From positions 1 through 52,475 of IMG/VR virus record IMGVR_UViG_3300008266_000146: a stretch of DNA of 52,475 nucleotides; one strand, written 5' to 3'. Positions within the stretch are counted from its first letter, which is position 1. Each line of letters opens with the position of its first letter. Below, in pieces: positions 8,366 through 15,964 of this stretch. Source of the DNA: a virus. Lineage: Duplodnaviria; Caudoviricetes. Under the pieces are notes generated by a model. It searched no databases. It had not been told where the DNA came from and was given only the letters and a program-made list of their open reading frames with translations. Both the position numbers and the translations under genes were made by a program.

Positions 8366-8586
8366 CCAGACCCCGCACCTACGACAGCCGCGAAGCATTC
8401 ATGTCCGCCCTCTCGGAGGCCATCGTTGCCGACGGCAGGACGCACGTCCAGCTCGCGCTCGCCACCAGCGTCTCGCATACAACGATCAGCCGCATTGTCA
8501 GCGGCGACACCCGCTGGCCGCGCTACACCACCATCTTTCCGCTCATCCAGACGCTGGGCCTCAAACTGTCGCTGGAACGTCGATGA
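8362..8586 (+). CDS. XRE/Cro-like helix-turn-helix protein
   Basis: THVQLALATSVSHTTISRIVSG.T..PR..TI..L..TLG matches the XRE HTH pattern; ATGA overlap and GGAG RBS. Confidence 0.8.
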   Translation: MTRPRTYDSREAFMSALSEAIVADGRTHVQLALATSVSHTTISRIVSGDTRWPRYTTIFPLIQTLGLKLSLERR

Positions 8587-8606
8587 CGGTTACTCAGGGA
8601 GTTACC

Positions 8607-8873
8607 ATGCGAGAGCCGTTCCGCGACTATCCCGAGGATATGCAAGAGCTTGAAAAAGTCCTTGCGGATGACGTCAAGGTGTTGTCGGTGCACCTCGCCC
8701 TGCTGCTGACTGGCGACGCTCCGGGCGTCAAGTCACCCCGCATCCCTATCGTGGCGATCATCAACGCTGCGCTTGAAGTCTACGGTAACCAGCCGTGGCT
8801 GGTCAGCGACATCAAGCGCCACTGCGAAGCGCTGGAAATACAAGCACGCATATACGCCAACAGATCAATATAG
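8607..8873 (+). CDS. Hypothetical protein (MREPFRDY...)
   Basis: ATG directly after the box at 8589, which supplies GGGAG. Confidence 0.65.
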   Translation: MREPFRDYPEDMQELEKVLADDVKVLSVHLALLLTGDAPGVKSPRIPIVAIINAALEVYGNQPWLVSDIKRHCEALEIQARIYANRSI

Positions 8874-8882
8874 GAGCACCCA

Positions 8883-9533
8883 ATGTCCCGTGAAACCAGA
8901 CGGTACCGCGCCTGCACCAACGCCCAAGGCGAAGCGTACCTCTCCACCGTCCGCAGCGCACTTCAGCGGTACGTCAACGTGCCGGCCACGATCCCTGTCG
9001 ACGTTGTCGCGCACGCCCTCATCAAGCCGGACGACGTCGAGATATGCCGCGCTGCCAGCCGCTTCTACGGCTTTCGGACAGCCCGGCGCGTGATCTCGGT
9101 CGACGTGCCGTTTCTGACCGCCAGCAACGAGCTGGTGTCGCAGCTGTTCAAGTTCGAGCTGCGCACCGGCTCGCTGCGCCTGCCCGAATACGTCCACAAC
9201 GAGTTCGTCGTCGACCGCACCAACCTCTACTACGGCAACTTCCGCGAGTGCGTCGACAATCAGGTAGCGGCGCTGCTCAACGTCAAGAGCATCTATGCGG
9301 AGGTCCGGCACGTGCTGGCCGTATGGCCGGCTAACAATGCGCGCGCCGTCCTGCCGGGGTTCAAGGAGCTGGTCCCCGGTACGGTCACGGAGTACGTCCC
9401 GTGCAACCGCCTGCTTTTGCAGTGGTTCGACGTCTACGCTGCTGCCAAGATGATGCCGGAGGTCCAGTATTATGACCCGGACGAGAGCCGACCTGACGCA
9501 GTGATGATTATCTGCGAGAGCGTTACAGAATAG
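8883..9533 (+). CDS. Hypothetical protein (216 aa)
   Basis: AGGAG RBS; phage-like codon usage. Confidence 0.7.
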   Translation: MSRETRRYRACTNAQGEAYLSTVRSALQRYVNVPATIPVDVVAHALIKPDDVEICRAASRFYGFRTARRVISVDVPFLTASNELVSQLFKFELRTGSLRLPEYVHNEFVVDRTNLYYGNFRECVDNQVAALLNVKSIYAEVRHVLAVWPANNARAVLPGFKELVPGTVTEYVPCNRLLLQWFDVYAAAKMMPEVQYYDPDESRPDAVMIICESVTE

Positions 9534-9584
9534 GTGCGCTATCATCCGGGCGTCGGGCGTGCGTTACTCGGGCAAGTAACTGTC

Positions 9585-9613
9585 TTGACTATGTCTTGTC
9601 TATATGTTAGCAG
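9585..9613 (+). promoter_or_regulatory. Possible sigma70-type promoter for the DNA polymerase
   Basis: TTGACT in an AT-rich intergenic stretch 4 nt downstream of the box at 9563-9580; the -10 at 17-nt spacing (TAGCAG) is weak. Confidence 0.35.
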
Positions 9614-9658
9614 TATTGCACCCCGCCACCCCGATGCGACTACAACACAGGCCGCGCC

Positions 9659-11536
9659 ATGAAGCGAATTTTTCTCGATTTCGAGAGCTACTACGACGAC
9701 CTGTACTCGCTTCGCAAGATGACGCCGGCAGAGTACCTGCTGGATGCCCGGTTCGAGATGATCGGCTGCGCGGTCGCTGTCGGCGATGGGCCGTCCGACT
9801 TCATGGACGCTGCGCACTTCGACTGGTTTCTGCAACAGCACGACCCGCTCGACTGCATGGTGATCTCCCACAACGCGCTGTTCGACGCCTGTCTGCTGAC
9901 GTGGCACTACAACTGGATGCCGCGCCTGTTCGTCGACACGCTGGCCATGTCCCGTGCGCTGCTGCAACACAAGCTGCGCTCGCTATCGCTGGACAGTGTC
10001 GCCCGGCACTTGGGGCTCGGCGTCAAGGGCACGCAGCTGATCCAGATGAAGGGCATGACCACCAACATGATCCGCTCGCGCGGGCTGTGGCCGGGCATGG
10101 CAGAGTATGCGCGCAACGACAACGACCTGTGCCGGGGCATCTTCAAGACGCTGCTGAAGGACTTCCCGGCGAAGGAGATCGTGCTGAATGACATGGTGAT
10201 CCGCTGCGCGGCGGTGCCCATGCTGATGTTCAACCGCGAAATCCTGCACGAGCATCTTGCCGACGTACTGCTGAAGAAGCAACAGCTGCTGGCGCAGTGC
10301 GGCGTCACTGACGTCGCCGACCTGATGTCCAACGACAAGTTCGCCGAGGTGCTGTCGTCGCTGGGCGTGGAGCCACCCCGCAAGGTGTCGCAGCGCACCG
10401 GCAAGGAGACGTGGGCGTTCTCCAAGACCGACGTCGCGTTCATGGAGCTGGAAGAGCACGACGACCCCATGGTGCAGGCTGCTGTCGCCGCTCGCATGGG
10501 GTTCAAGTCGACCATCGAGCAGACCCGCACCGAGCGGTTCATCGCCATCTCCCAGCTTACTTGGCCGAGTAACCAAGGCCACGACATCCCGTGGGCGCCG
10601 ATCCCACTGCGCTTCTCGGGCGCGCACACGCATCGCCTGTCGGGCGACTGGAAGCTGAACATGCAGAACCTTGGGCGCGGCAGCCGCCTCAGGTACGCGC
10701 TTGAAGCTCCGCCCGGCTACAAGGTCATGACGGTGGACGCCTCGCAGATCGAGGCGCGCGTCAATGCCACCCTGTGGGGGCAGGAGGACCTGCGGTTGAT
10801 GTTCGAGCGGGGCGAGGACGTCTACTCGTCGTTCGCGGGCAACGTCTTCGGCTACCCGGTGAACAAGAAGACGCACCCCAAGGAGCGGTTCATCGGCAAG
10901 ACGTCGGTGCTCGGGCTGGGGTTCGGCGTCGGGCACGTCAAGTTCTTCAACACGGTCCGGCTGAAGTCGAAGCAGGACTTGGGCGAAGAGATGATCCTGC
11001 CGGAGGGCGAGGCGCAGCGCATCGTCAACCTGTTCCGGGGCACCTATAACCGCATCTCGGCGGGGTGGGACATCCTCAACGGGCTGATCCCCGCCATGGC
11101 CGCCGGCACCGCCACCCAGACAATCGGCCCGCTCAAGTTCGGGGCGAAGGCGATCCGCCTGCCGTCCGGGCTCGACCTCAAGTACCACAACCTGCGTTAC
11201 GAGACGCACGAGGTGTTCGGCAGTGGCTGGGTCTACGACTACGCCGGCAAGCCCAAGCGCCTCTATGGGGCTGCGCTGGACGAGAATGTCGTGCAGGCCA
11301 TCGCCCGCTGCGTCACCATGGACGCCGCTGTCCGCATGCGCCCGTGGATGGACGCCAACGGGTGTTTCTTCGTGATGCAGGTGCACGACGAGCTGGTCTA
11401 CGCCGTGCCAGACCACCTTGTCGACGACGCCGGGCAACTCATGCTGGACGAGATGCGCCGCCGCCCGACATACATGCCCATGCTGCCGCTCGACGCCGAG
11501 GTTGGTGTTGGGTACAGCTACGGCGACGCCAAGTAA
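9659..11536 (+). CDS. Family A DNA polymerase with 3'-5' exonuclease
   Basis: Exo motifs LDFES and HNALFD; motif A DASQIEAR, motif B RFIGKTSVLGLGFG, motif C QVHDEL. Confidence 0.92.
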   Translation: MKRIFLDFESYYDDLYSLRKMTPAEYLLDARFEMIGCAVAVGDGPSDFMDAAHFDWFLQQHDPLDCMVISHNALFDACLLTWHYNWMPRLFVDTLAMSRALLQHKLRSLSLDSVARHLGLGVKGTQLIQMKGMTTNMIRSRGLWPGMAEYARNDNDLCRGIFKTLLKDFPAKEIVLNDMVIRCAAVPMLMFNREILHEHLADVLLKKQQLLAQCGVTDVADLMSNDKFAEVLSSLGVEPPRKVSQRTGKETWAFSKTDVAFMELEEHDDPMVQAAVAARMGFKSTIEQTRTERFIAISQLTWPSNQGHDIPWAPIPLRFSGAHTHRLSGDWKLNMQNLGRGSRLRYALEAPPGYKVMTVDASQIEARVNATLWGQEDLRLMFERGEDVYSSFAGNVFGYPVNKKTHPKERFIGKTSVLGLGFGVGHVKFFNTVRLKSKQDLGEEMILPEGEAQRIVNLFRGTYNRISAGWDILNGLIPAMAAGTATQTIGPLKFGAKAIRLPSGLDLKYHNLRYETHEVFGSGWVYDYAGKPKRLYGAALDENVVQAIARCVTMDAAVRMRPWMDANGCFFVMQVHDELVYAVPDHLVDDAGQLMLDEMRRRPTYMPMLPLDAEVGVGYSYGDAK

Positions 11537-11549
11537 CTCGGGGGAGTTA

Positions 11550-11942
11550 ATGTCAGATAAAATCTCGCGTCAGGCGGTATGCCCCCACTGTAGCTTTACT
11601 TCGTATCAACACGACTCCTTGCCGTATGAAAAAGACGGCCTTTCTTCGTGGGACTGGGCCTGTCGCGCAGTCGGCAGACGCAGGTACAGCGAGCATCTAT
11701 GCAAGGATGGGCCTAACGCGGGGCAGTATAGTCACAGCTATATAGTTCACGTCTACGACCGCGAAGACGGTGGGGAAAAGCTGCCGTTGAAACAGGCCCA
11801 AGCCCGCGCCAAGCTGTTCGATGTCAACTATGTCGAGCCGCCCGAATATATTAACACTTACACGTCTACCGGCAGGCTGGTCGAAAAGTTCTACGCCAAC
11901 ATCGTTCGCGCCGCCATCGAAGCCGGTAACTCGGAGAAGTAA
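11550..11942 (+). CDS. CxxC/LAKLF family protein, member G (AT-richer than its neighbours)
   Basis: VCPHCS, HSYIVH, ARAKLFD; starts and stops inside boxes at 11533 and 11926. Confidence 0.7.
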   Translation: MSDKISRQAVCPHCSFTSYQHDSLPYEKDGLSSWDWACRAVGRRRYSEHLCKDGPNAGQYSHSYIVHVYDREDGGEKLPLKQAQARAKLFDVNYVEPPEYINTYTSTGRLVEKFYANIVRAAIEAGNSEK

Positions 11943-11961
11943 CATAGGAATAGAAACCCTA

Positions 11962-11990
11962 TTGACAGGGGGTTCTACCTTGTGTATACT
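11962..11990 (+). promoter_or_regulatory. Near-consensus sigma70 promoter
   Basis: TTGACA-N17-TATACT; an imperfect inverted repeat (TAGAAACCCT/AGGGGGTTCTA) straddles the -35. Confidence 0.75.
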
Positions 11991-12013
11991 TTGTCTGATC
12001 GTTGGAGCACCCC

Positions 12014-12319
12014 ATGCAACATCATCTGACCCGCGACCATTATTGGGCCGCACTAAAGCTGCCGCCCGTCATGCTCGACACCCTGATGGCCCTCATCGAG
12101 AACGAGATCATCACGGTCGACTACCTGACGAACGTGACCCTGCACGGGCACTACGCCATCCACCGCCTGCGGCGCGTCCTCGCTGACGAGTGTCCGGCGA
12201 CCGGCATCACCAGCGCTCGCGCGGTGGGGTACTGGATGACGCCCGAGCAGAAGGAAGAGCTGGCGGCCTACGTCGCTGCCAAGCTGGCTGCCAATCGCGC
12301 GCCGTTACTCGCCGAGTAA
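12014..12319 (+). CDS. Winged-helix DNA-binding protein (OmpR/PhoB C-terminal-like)
   Basis: HYAIHRLRRVL...ITSARAVGYWM resembles the recognition helix and wing (HI.RLR.KL...I.TVRG.GY) of the OmpR/PhoB DNA-binding domain; GGAG RBS. Confidence 0.65.
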   Translation: MQHHLTRDHYWAALKLPPVMLDTLMALIENEIITVDYLTNVTLHGHYAIHRLRRVLADECPATGITSARAVGYWMTPEQKEELAAYVAAKLAANRAPLLAE

Positions 12320-12346
12320 CACCACCCCCGCACCCCGGAGCGATCC

Positions 12347-12733
12347 ATGGGCCAGACGCCTGCGCCTCCCGCCAATCTGTACGCCATGGCTACCAATGCT
12401 TCGCACAGGAACGCGCTATCACCCGCGTCCCAGTCCATCCGGCAGACGTCGCTGGGCTCGAACACCTACAACGGTATCGGGCTCGGCGTCGTCAAGACGG
12501 TGCCGTGTATCGCCGACAGCGCTTGGCGCACTGAAGCTATCAACACGCGTTGTCACAGTTTTGACCACAGCGGGCTTGCCATCTTTACTATCTGGCTGGA
12601 AGGCTGGCAGCACATCCACGTCGCTATCTGTCGCCGCGCGGGTGACGGGCTTGTCGTGGTCGAAGACCCGGTCGCGTCGTTCCCATCCGACAACCTCATC
12701 GCAAAGATCGCTCTCATGGCAGCAGTGAAATGA
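12347..12733 (+). CDS. Hypothetical protein ending FPSDNLIAKIALM
   Basis: GGAG RBS; ATGA overlap with the next gene; C-terminus resembles that of 13296..13634. Confidence 0.6.
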   Translation: MGQTPAPPANLYAMATNASHRNALSPASQSIRQTSLGSNTYNGIGLGVVKTVPCIADSAWRTEAINTRCHSFDHSGLAIFTIWLEGWQHIHVAICRRAGDGLVVVEDPVASFPSDNLIAKIALMAAVK

Positions 12734-13294
12734 CCGGACCCGCCACAACCCAATACCGCAAGGTCGAAAAGCCGTTCTCTTGGTCCTACTCTCGGATCAA
12801 GAATTTCGAGACGTGCCCCAAGCGCTACTATGAGGTGGACGTCGCCAAGAATGTGCAGGAGGAAGACAGCGACCAGCTCGCCTTCGGCAACAAGCTGCAC
12901 TCGGCGTTCGCGGCCTATCTGTCCAAGGGCACCCCGTTGCCGCCGGACCTGATCACCTATCAGGAGGACGTTGACCGCGTTGCCGGCATGAACGGCACGA
13001 TGCTCGTCGAGCAGAAGCTGGCGATCACCAAGGACTTCGGGCCGTGCGATTACTTCGCGCGTAACGCTTGGTTCCGGGCGCAGGGGGACGTGCTGCGCAT
13101 CGCCGGCAGGGTGGCCTATTGCGGCGACTGGAAGACCGGCAAGGTGAAGGAGGACAGCGTCCAGCTGGCACTCGTCGCCGCGTGTGTCTTCGCCCACCAC
13201 CCCGCCGTGCTGGCCGTGAAGACCGAGTTCATCTGGATGGCTCTGCCGGCGCTACTGCCCGGTCCGCTCGTGCCCGCACTACGGAGGAGAGTGA
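12730..13294 (+). pseudogene. Cas4/AddB-like PD-(D/E)xK exonuclease with a frame break near 13240
   Basis: WSYS...FETCP, GNKLH, VEQKL, D..., DWKTGK and QL motifs in the frame of 12730; the expected C-terminal three-Cys cluster LCRRYCPVRSCPHYGGE* (13241-13294) is in the +1 frame. Confidence 0.7.
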
Positions 13295-13295
13295 T

Positions 13296-13634
13296 ATGTC
13301 GACGTACATGGACGCACTGCGGCGCAGCAACACTGTGCCGGAGCGGTTCTCGCTTAGAGACGTCATGCGCCGCACCGGCGACGAGGTGCTGCTCCGGTCG
13401 CTCTACAACGGGATGCCCCTGCCGGTCGGTGTCCTGCTCCGCGAGATTGTGGACAGCCCTATGGATCAGTCGCTCATATATACTGTTGTGACAGGCCCAC
13501 GATTCAGCGTCGTCCAACTGAAGGCGGGCCTTCAGGAAGTCACCCACGGAAGTCCTAACTTCTGGCCGTTACCGGACAGCGTGCTGGCGAAGATGAAGCT
13601 GCTATCTGCCGCTGCTGGTAACTCGGGGGAGTAA
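13296..13634 (+). CDS. Hypothetical protein (MSTYMDAL..., 112 aa)
   Basis: Strong GGAGGAG RBS at 13283; stop inside the box at 13618. Confidence 0.7.
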   Translation: MSTYMDALRRSNTVPERFSLRDVMRRTGDEVLLRSLYNGMPLPVGVLLREIVDSPMDQSLIYTVVTGPRFSVVQLKAGLQEVTHGSPNFWPLPDSVLAKMKLLSAAAGNSGE

Positions 13635-13636
13635 CA

Positions 13637-14035
13637 ATGACCCCCGAGGGCAAAGTCAAAGCGGCAGTGAAGGCTGTTCTTGCCCGGCACACTGGGCTAT
13701 ACCATTTCATGCCCGTGCCATACGGCATCGGCGAGAGCAGTCTGGACTTCATCATCTGCTTTCGTGGCGTGTTTATCGCCGTCGAGACGAAGGTGCCGGG
13801 GAAGTCGATGACCCCCCGCCAGAACATACAGGCCGGCAACATCGCCGCCGCAGGCGGAGCTGTATTCGAGATCGCATCGCATTCAGACGTGGAGCGGTTC
13901 GCGGCGTGGCTCGACGAGCTGGCTGCAACCCCGGAGATAGAGAATGTCATTAGCCGAAGTGATGGTGAGCGCGACATACCGAAGCATCGTCGTGCCCCAC
14001 CGCGCCGACGTGGCGAACCTATTCCCATCGAGTAA
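13637..14035 (+). CDS. VRR-NUC domain nuclease / Holliday junction resolvase-like
   Basis: MTPEGKVK...G..LDF...G.FIAVETK.PGK.MTPRQ pattern. Confidence 0.85.
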   Translation: MTPEGKVKAAVKAVLARHTGLYHFMPVPYGIGESSLDFIICFRGVFIAVETKVPGKSMTPRQNIQAGNIAAAGGAVFEIASHSDVERFAAWLDELAATPEIENVISRSDGERDIPKHRRAPPRRRGEPIPIE

Positions 14036-15512
14036 GCAGTTCGTCTTTCGGGGCAAGCCGCGCCTTGTCCTGCCGCACGACATTCAGGCGACCCTGACGC
14101 TGCGCCAGCTGGGCATGGACGTGCCGGCTCCGGTCATGTCGCAGTACGATTGGCCGCACCCCCCGTCCAAGCCGCCGTTCGAGGTGCAGAAGAAGACCGT
14201 GGCTATGCTGACCACGTGCCCGCGCGCCTACGTGCTCAACGACATGGGCACCGGCAAGACCGCGAGCGCCGTATGGGCGTTCGATTACTTGGCGAGTAAC
14301 GGCTACGCCACCAAGATGCTGGTCGTGTGCCCGCTGTCCACGATGGAGGAAACGTGGCTCCGGCATGTGATCGAGTTCACGCCCGACCGCAAGGCGGTAG
14401 TGCTGTCCGGCACTGCTACGCGGCGCAAGCGCCTGCTGGCTGACCAGTCGGCGGACATCTACATCATCAACCATGACGGCGTGCAGGTGGTGCTGGACGA
14501 GCTGTACAAGCGCCCCGACATCGACTGCGTGTGCATCGACGAGCTGGCGGTCTACCGCAACGCCCGCGCCAACCGCACGAAGGCGATGACGAAGTTCGTC
14601 GCGCGCCGCCCGTGGGTCTGGGGTCTGACCGGCCGCCCGGCACCCCATGAGCCCACCGACGTGTGGGCGCAGTGCCAGATCGTCACGCCCCACACCGTGC
14701 CGACCCGCTGGACGACGTTCCGCGATGACCTGATGTTCAAGGTCGGCGCGTTCAACTGGGTGTCGAAGGACAACGCTGTCGAGACCGCCGTCATGGCCAT
14801 GCGCCCCGCCGTGCGGTTCTCCATGGACGACGTCACCGAGCTGCCCGACTTGGTGTTCGAGACGGTCACGACGCCGATGGAGAGCAAGCAGGCGCAGGCG
14901 TTCGAGATGATGCGCGCCAGCGCTGTGGCCAAGATCGCGTCCCACCAGATCGACGCCATGAATGCGGGCGCGGTGCTCAACAAGCTGCTGCAAATCTCGG
15001 CAGGCTGGGTCTACACTCGCGACGGGCACATCCTCGACATGAAGGGGACCGGCAGGCTGCGGCGGGTGGAGGACGACGTCGAGGCTAACAGCGGCAAGAC
15101 CATCGTGTTCGTGCCGTTCGTGTCCGCTCTGGACGGCGTTGCCGATGCACTTACTCGGGCGGGTAACCGTGTCGCCAAAATCTCTGGTGCCACCCCGTCG
15201 CGCGAGCGCACCGACATCTTCGCCGGGCTTCAGACGCATGACCTGTATGACGTGCTGGTCGCCCACCCGCAGTGCATGGCTCATGGCGTCACGCTGACGG
15301 CGGCCAACCAGATCATCTGGTACGCCCCGACGACCAGCCTTGAGATATTCGAGCAGGCCAACGCACGCATTCGCCGCGTCGGTCAGAAAAAGAAACAGAT
15401 CATCCGCATGTATGTGGGCTCGACGGCCGAGCGTCGCATCTATACAATCCTACGAAGCCGGCAAAAAGTCCAAGATAAGATGTTGGAGCTATTCCAAGCC
15501 AACACGATCTAA
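13944..15512 (+). CDS. SNF2-family (SF2) helicase
   Basis: DMGTGKT, CIDEL, LTGRP, HGVTL and QANARIRRVGQ motifs. Confidence 0.9.
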   Translation: MSLAEVMVSATYRSIVVPHRADVANLFPSSKQFVFRGKPRLVLPHDIQATLTLRQLGMDVPAPVMSQYDWPHPPSKPPFEVQKKTVAMLTTCPRAYVLNDMGTGKTASAVWAFDYLASNGYATKMLVVCPLSTMEETWLRHVIEFTPDRKAVVLSGTATRRKRLLADQSADIYIINHDGVQVVLDELYKRPDIDCVCIDELAVYRNARANRTKAMTKFVARRPWVWGLTGRPAPHEPTDVWAQCQIVTPHTVPTRWTTFRDDLMFKVGAFNWVSKDNAVETAVMAMRPAVRFSMDDVTELPDLVFETVTTPMESKQAQAFEMMRASAVAKIASHQIDAMNAGAVLNKLLQISAGWVYTRDGHILDMKGTGRLRRVEDDVEANSGKTIVFVPFVSALDGVADALTRAGNRVAKISGATPSRERTDIFAGLQTHDLYDVLVAHPQCMAHGVTLTAANQIIWYAPTTSLEIFEQANARIRRVGQKKKQIIRMYVGSTAERRIYTILRSRQKVQDKMLELFQANTI

Positions 15513-15540
15513 CCTACTATCGCACCCACGGAGAAGCACC

Positions 15541-15924
15541 ATGTCATTCGAGAAGCGCATCGCGCAGTACGTAAGACTACGCGACCACATCAAGGCCGAG
15601 GACGAGGCTCACAAGGTCAAGATGCGGCCGTTTCGCGACTTGATGGGCAAGCTGGAAGCGGAGCTGCTGAAACAGCTGGAAGCCACTGGTCAGGACAGCG
15701 CCGCCACTGCCGCCGGTACCGCCTACCGCAGCAAGCGCGAGTATTGCTCGCTGGAAGACGCCAGCGAGTTCATGCGCCACGTCATCGGCAGCGAGGACTG
15801 GGACCTGCTCGACCGCAAGGCCAACACCGCTGCCTGTGTGAAATTCGCCGAAGAGAACGGTGGCAACATGCCGCCGGGCGTCAAGTACACTGCCGAGTTC
15901 GTCGCGAACGTTCGTCGGAAGTGA
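15541..15924 (+). CDS. Hypothetical protein of the replication module (coiled-coil N-terminus)
   Basis: GGAG RBS; lies between the helicase and the SSB-like gene; ends PPGVKY. Confidence 0.75.
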   Translation: MSFEKRIAQYVRLRDHIKAEDEAHKVKMRPFRDLMGKLEAELLKQLEATGQDSAATAAGTAYRSKREYCSLEDASEFMRHVIGSEDWDLLDRKANTAACVKFAEENGGNMPPGVKYTAEFVANVRRK

Positions 15925-15964
15925 ATTACTCCACCGAGTAACCCCTGAGAGAAGAGGACATACT

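Larger units (their letters stand above)
948..12421 (+). repeat. Dispersed strand-specific 9-mer GCGCTATCA (9 copies)
   Basis: Copies at 948, 963, 1467, 2524, 3982, 5630, 7289, 9536 and 12413, all on the + strand, in different reading frames and in intergenic DNA. Confidence 0.85.

Noticed and set aside
715-8605. CRISPR array interpretation of the recurring box
   Set aside because: Intervals are irregular (about 100 to over 1000 bp) and contain whole genes, the box centre varies, and there is no cas operon; the Cas4-like gene is an ordinary phage replication-module nuclease.
13295-13491. C-terminal extension of ORF 12730..13491
   Set aside because: It overlaps the RBS-supported gene at 13296 out of frame; the real nuclease C-terminus is in the +1 frame and ends at 13294.
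715-13635. Integron attC sites
   Set aside because: The boxes are 17-18 bp, lack the long imperfect attC hairpin with R and L boxes, and no tyrosine recombinase is visible; only the architecture is analogous.
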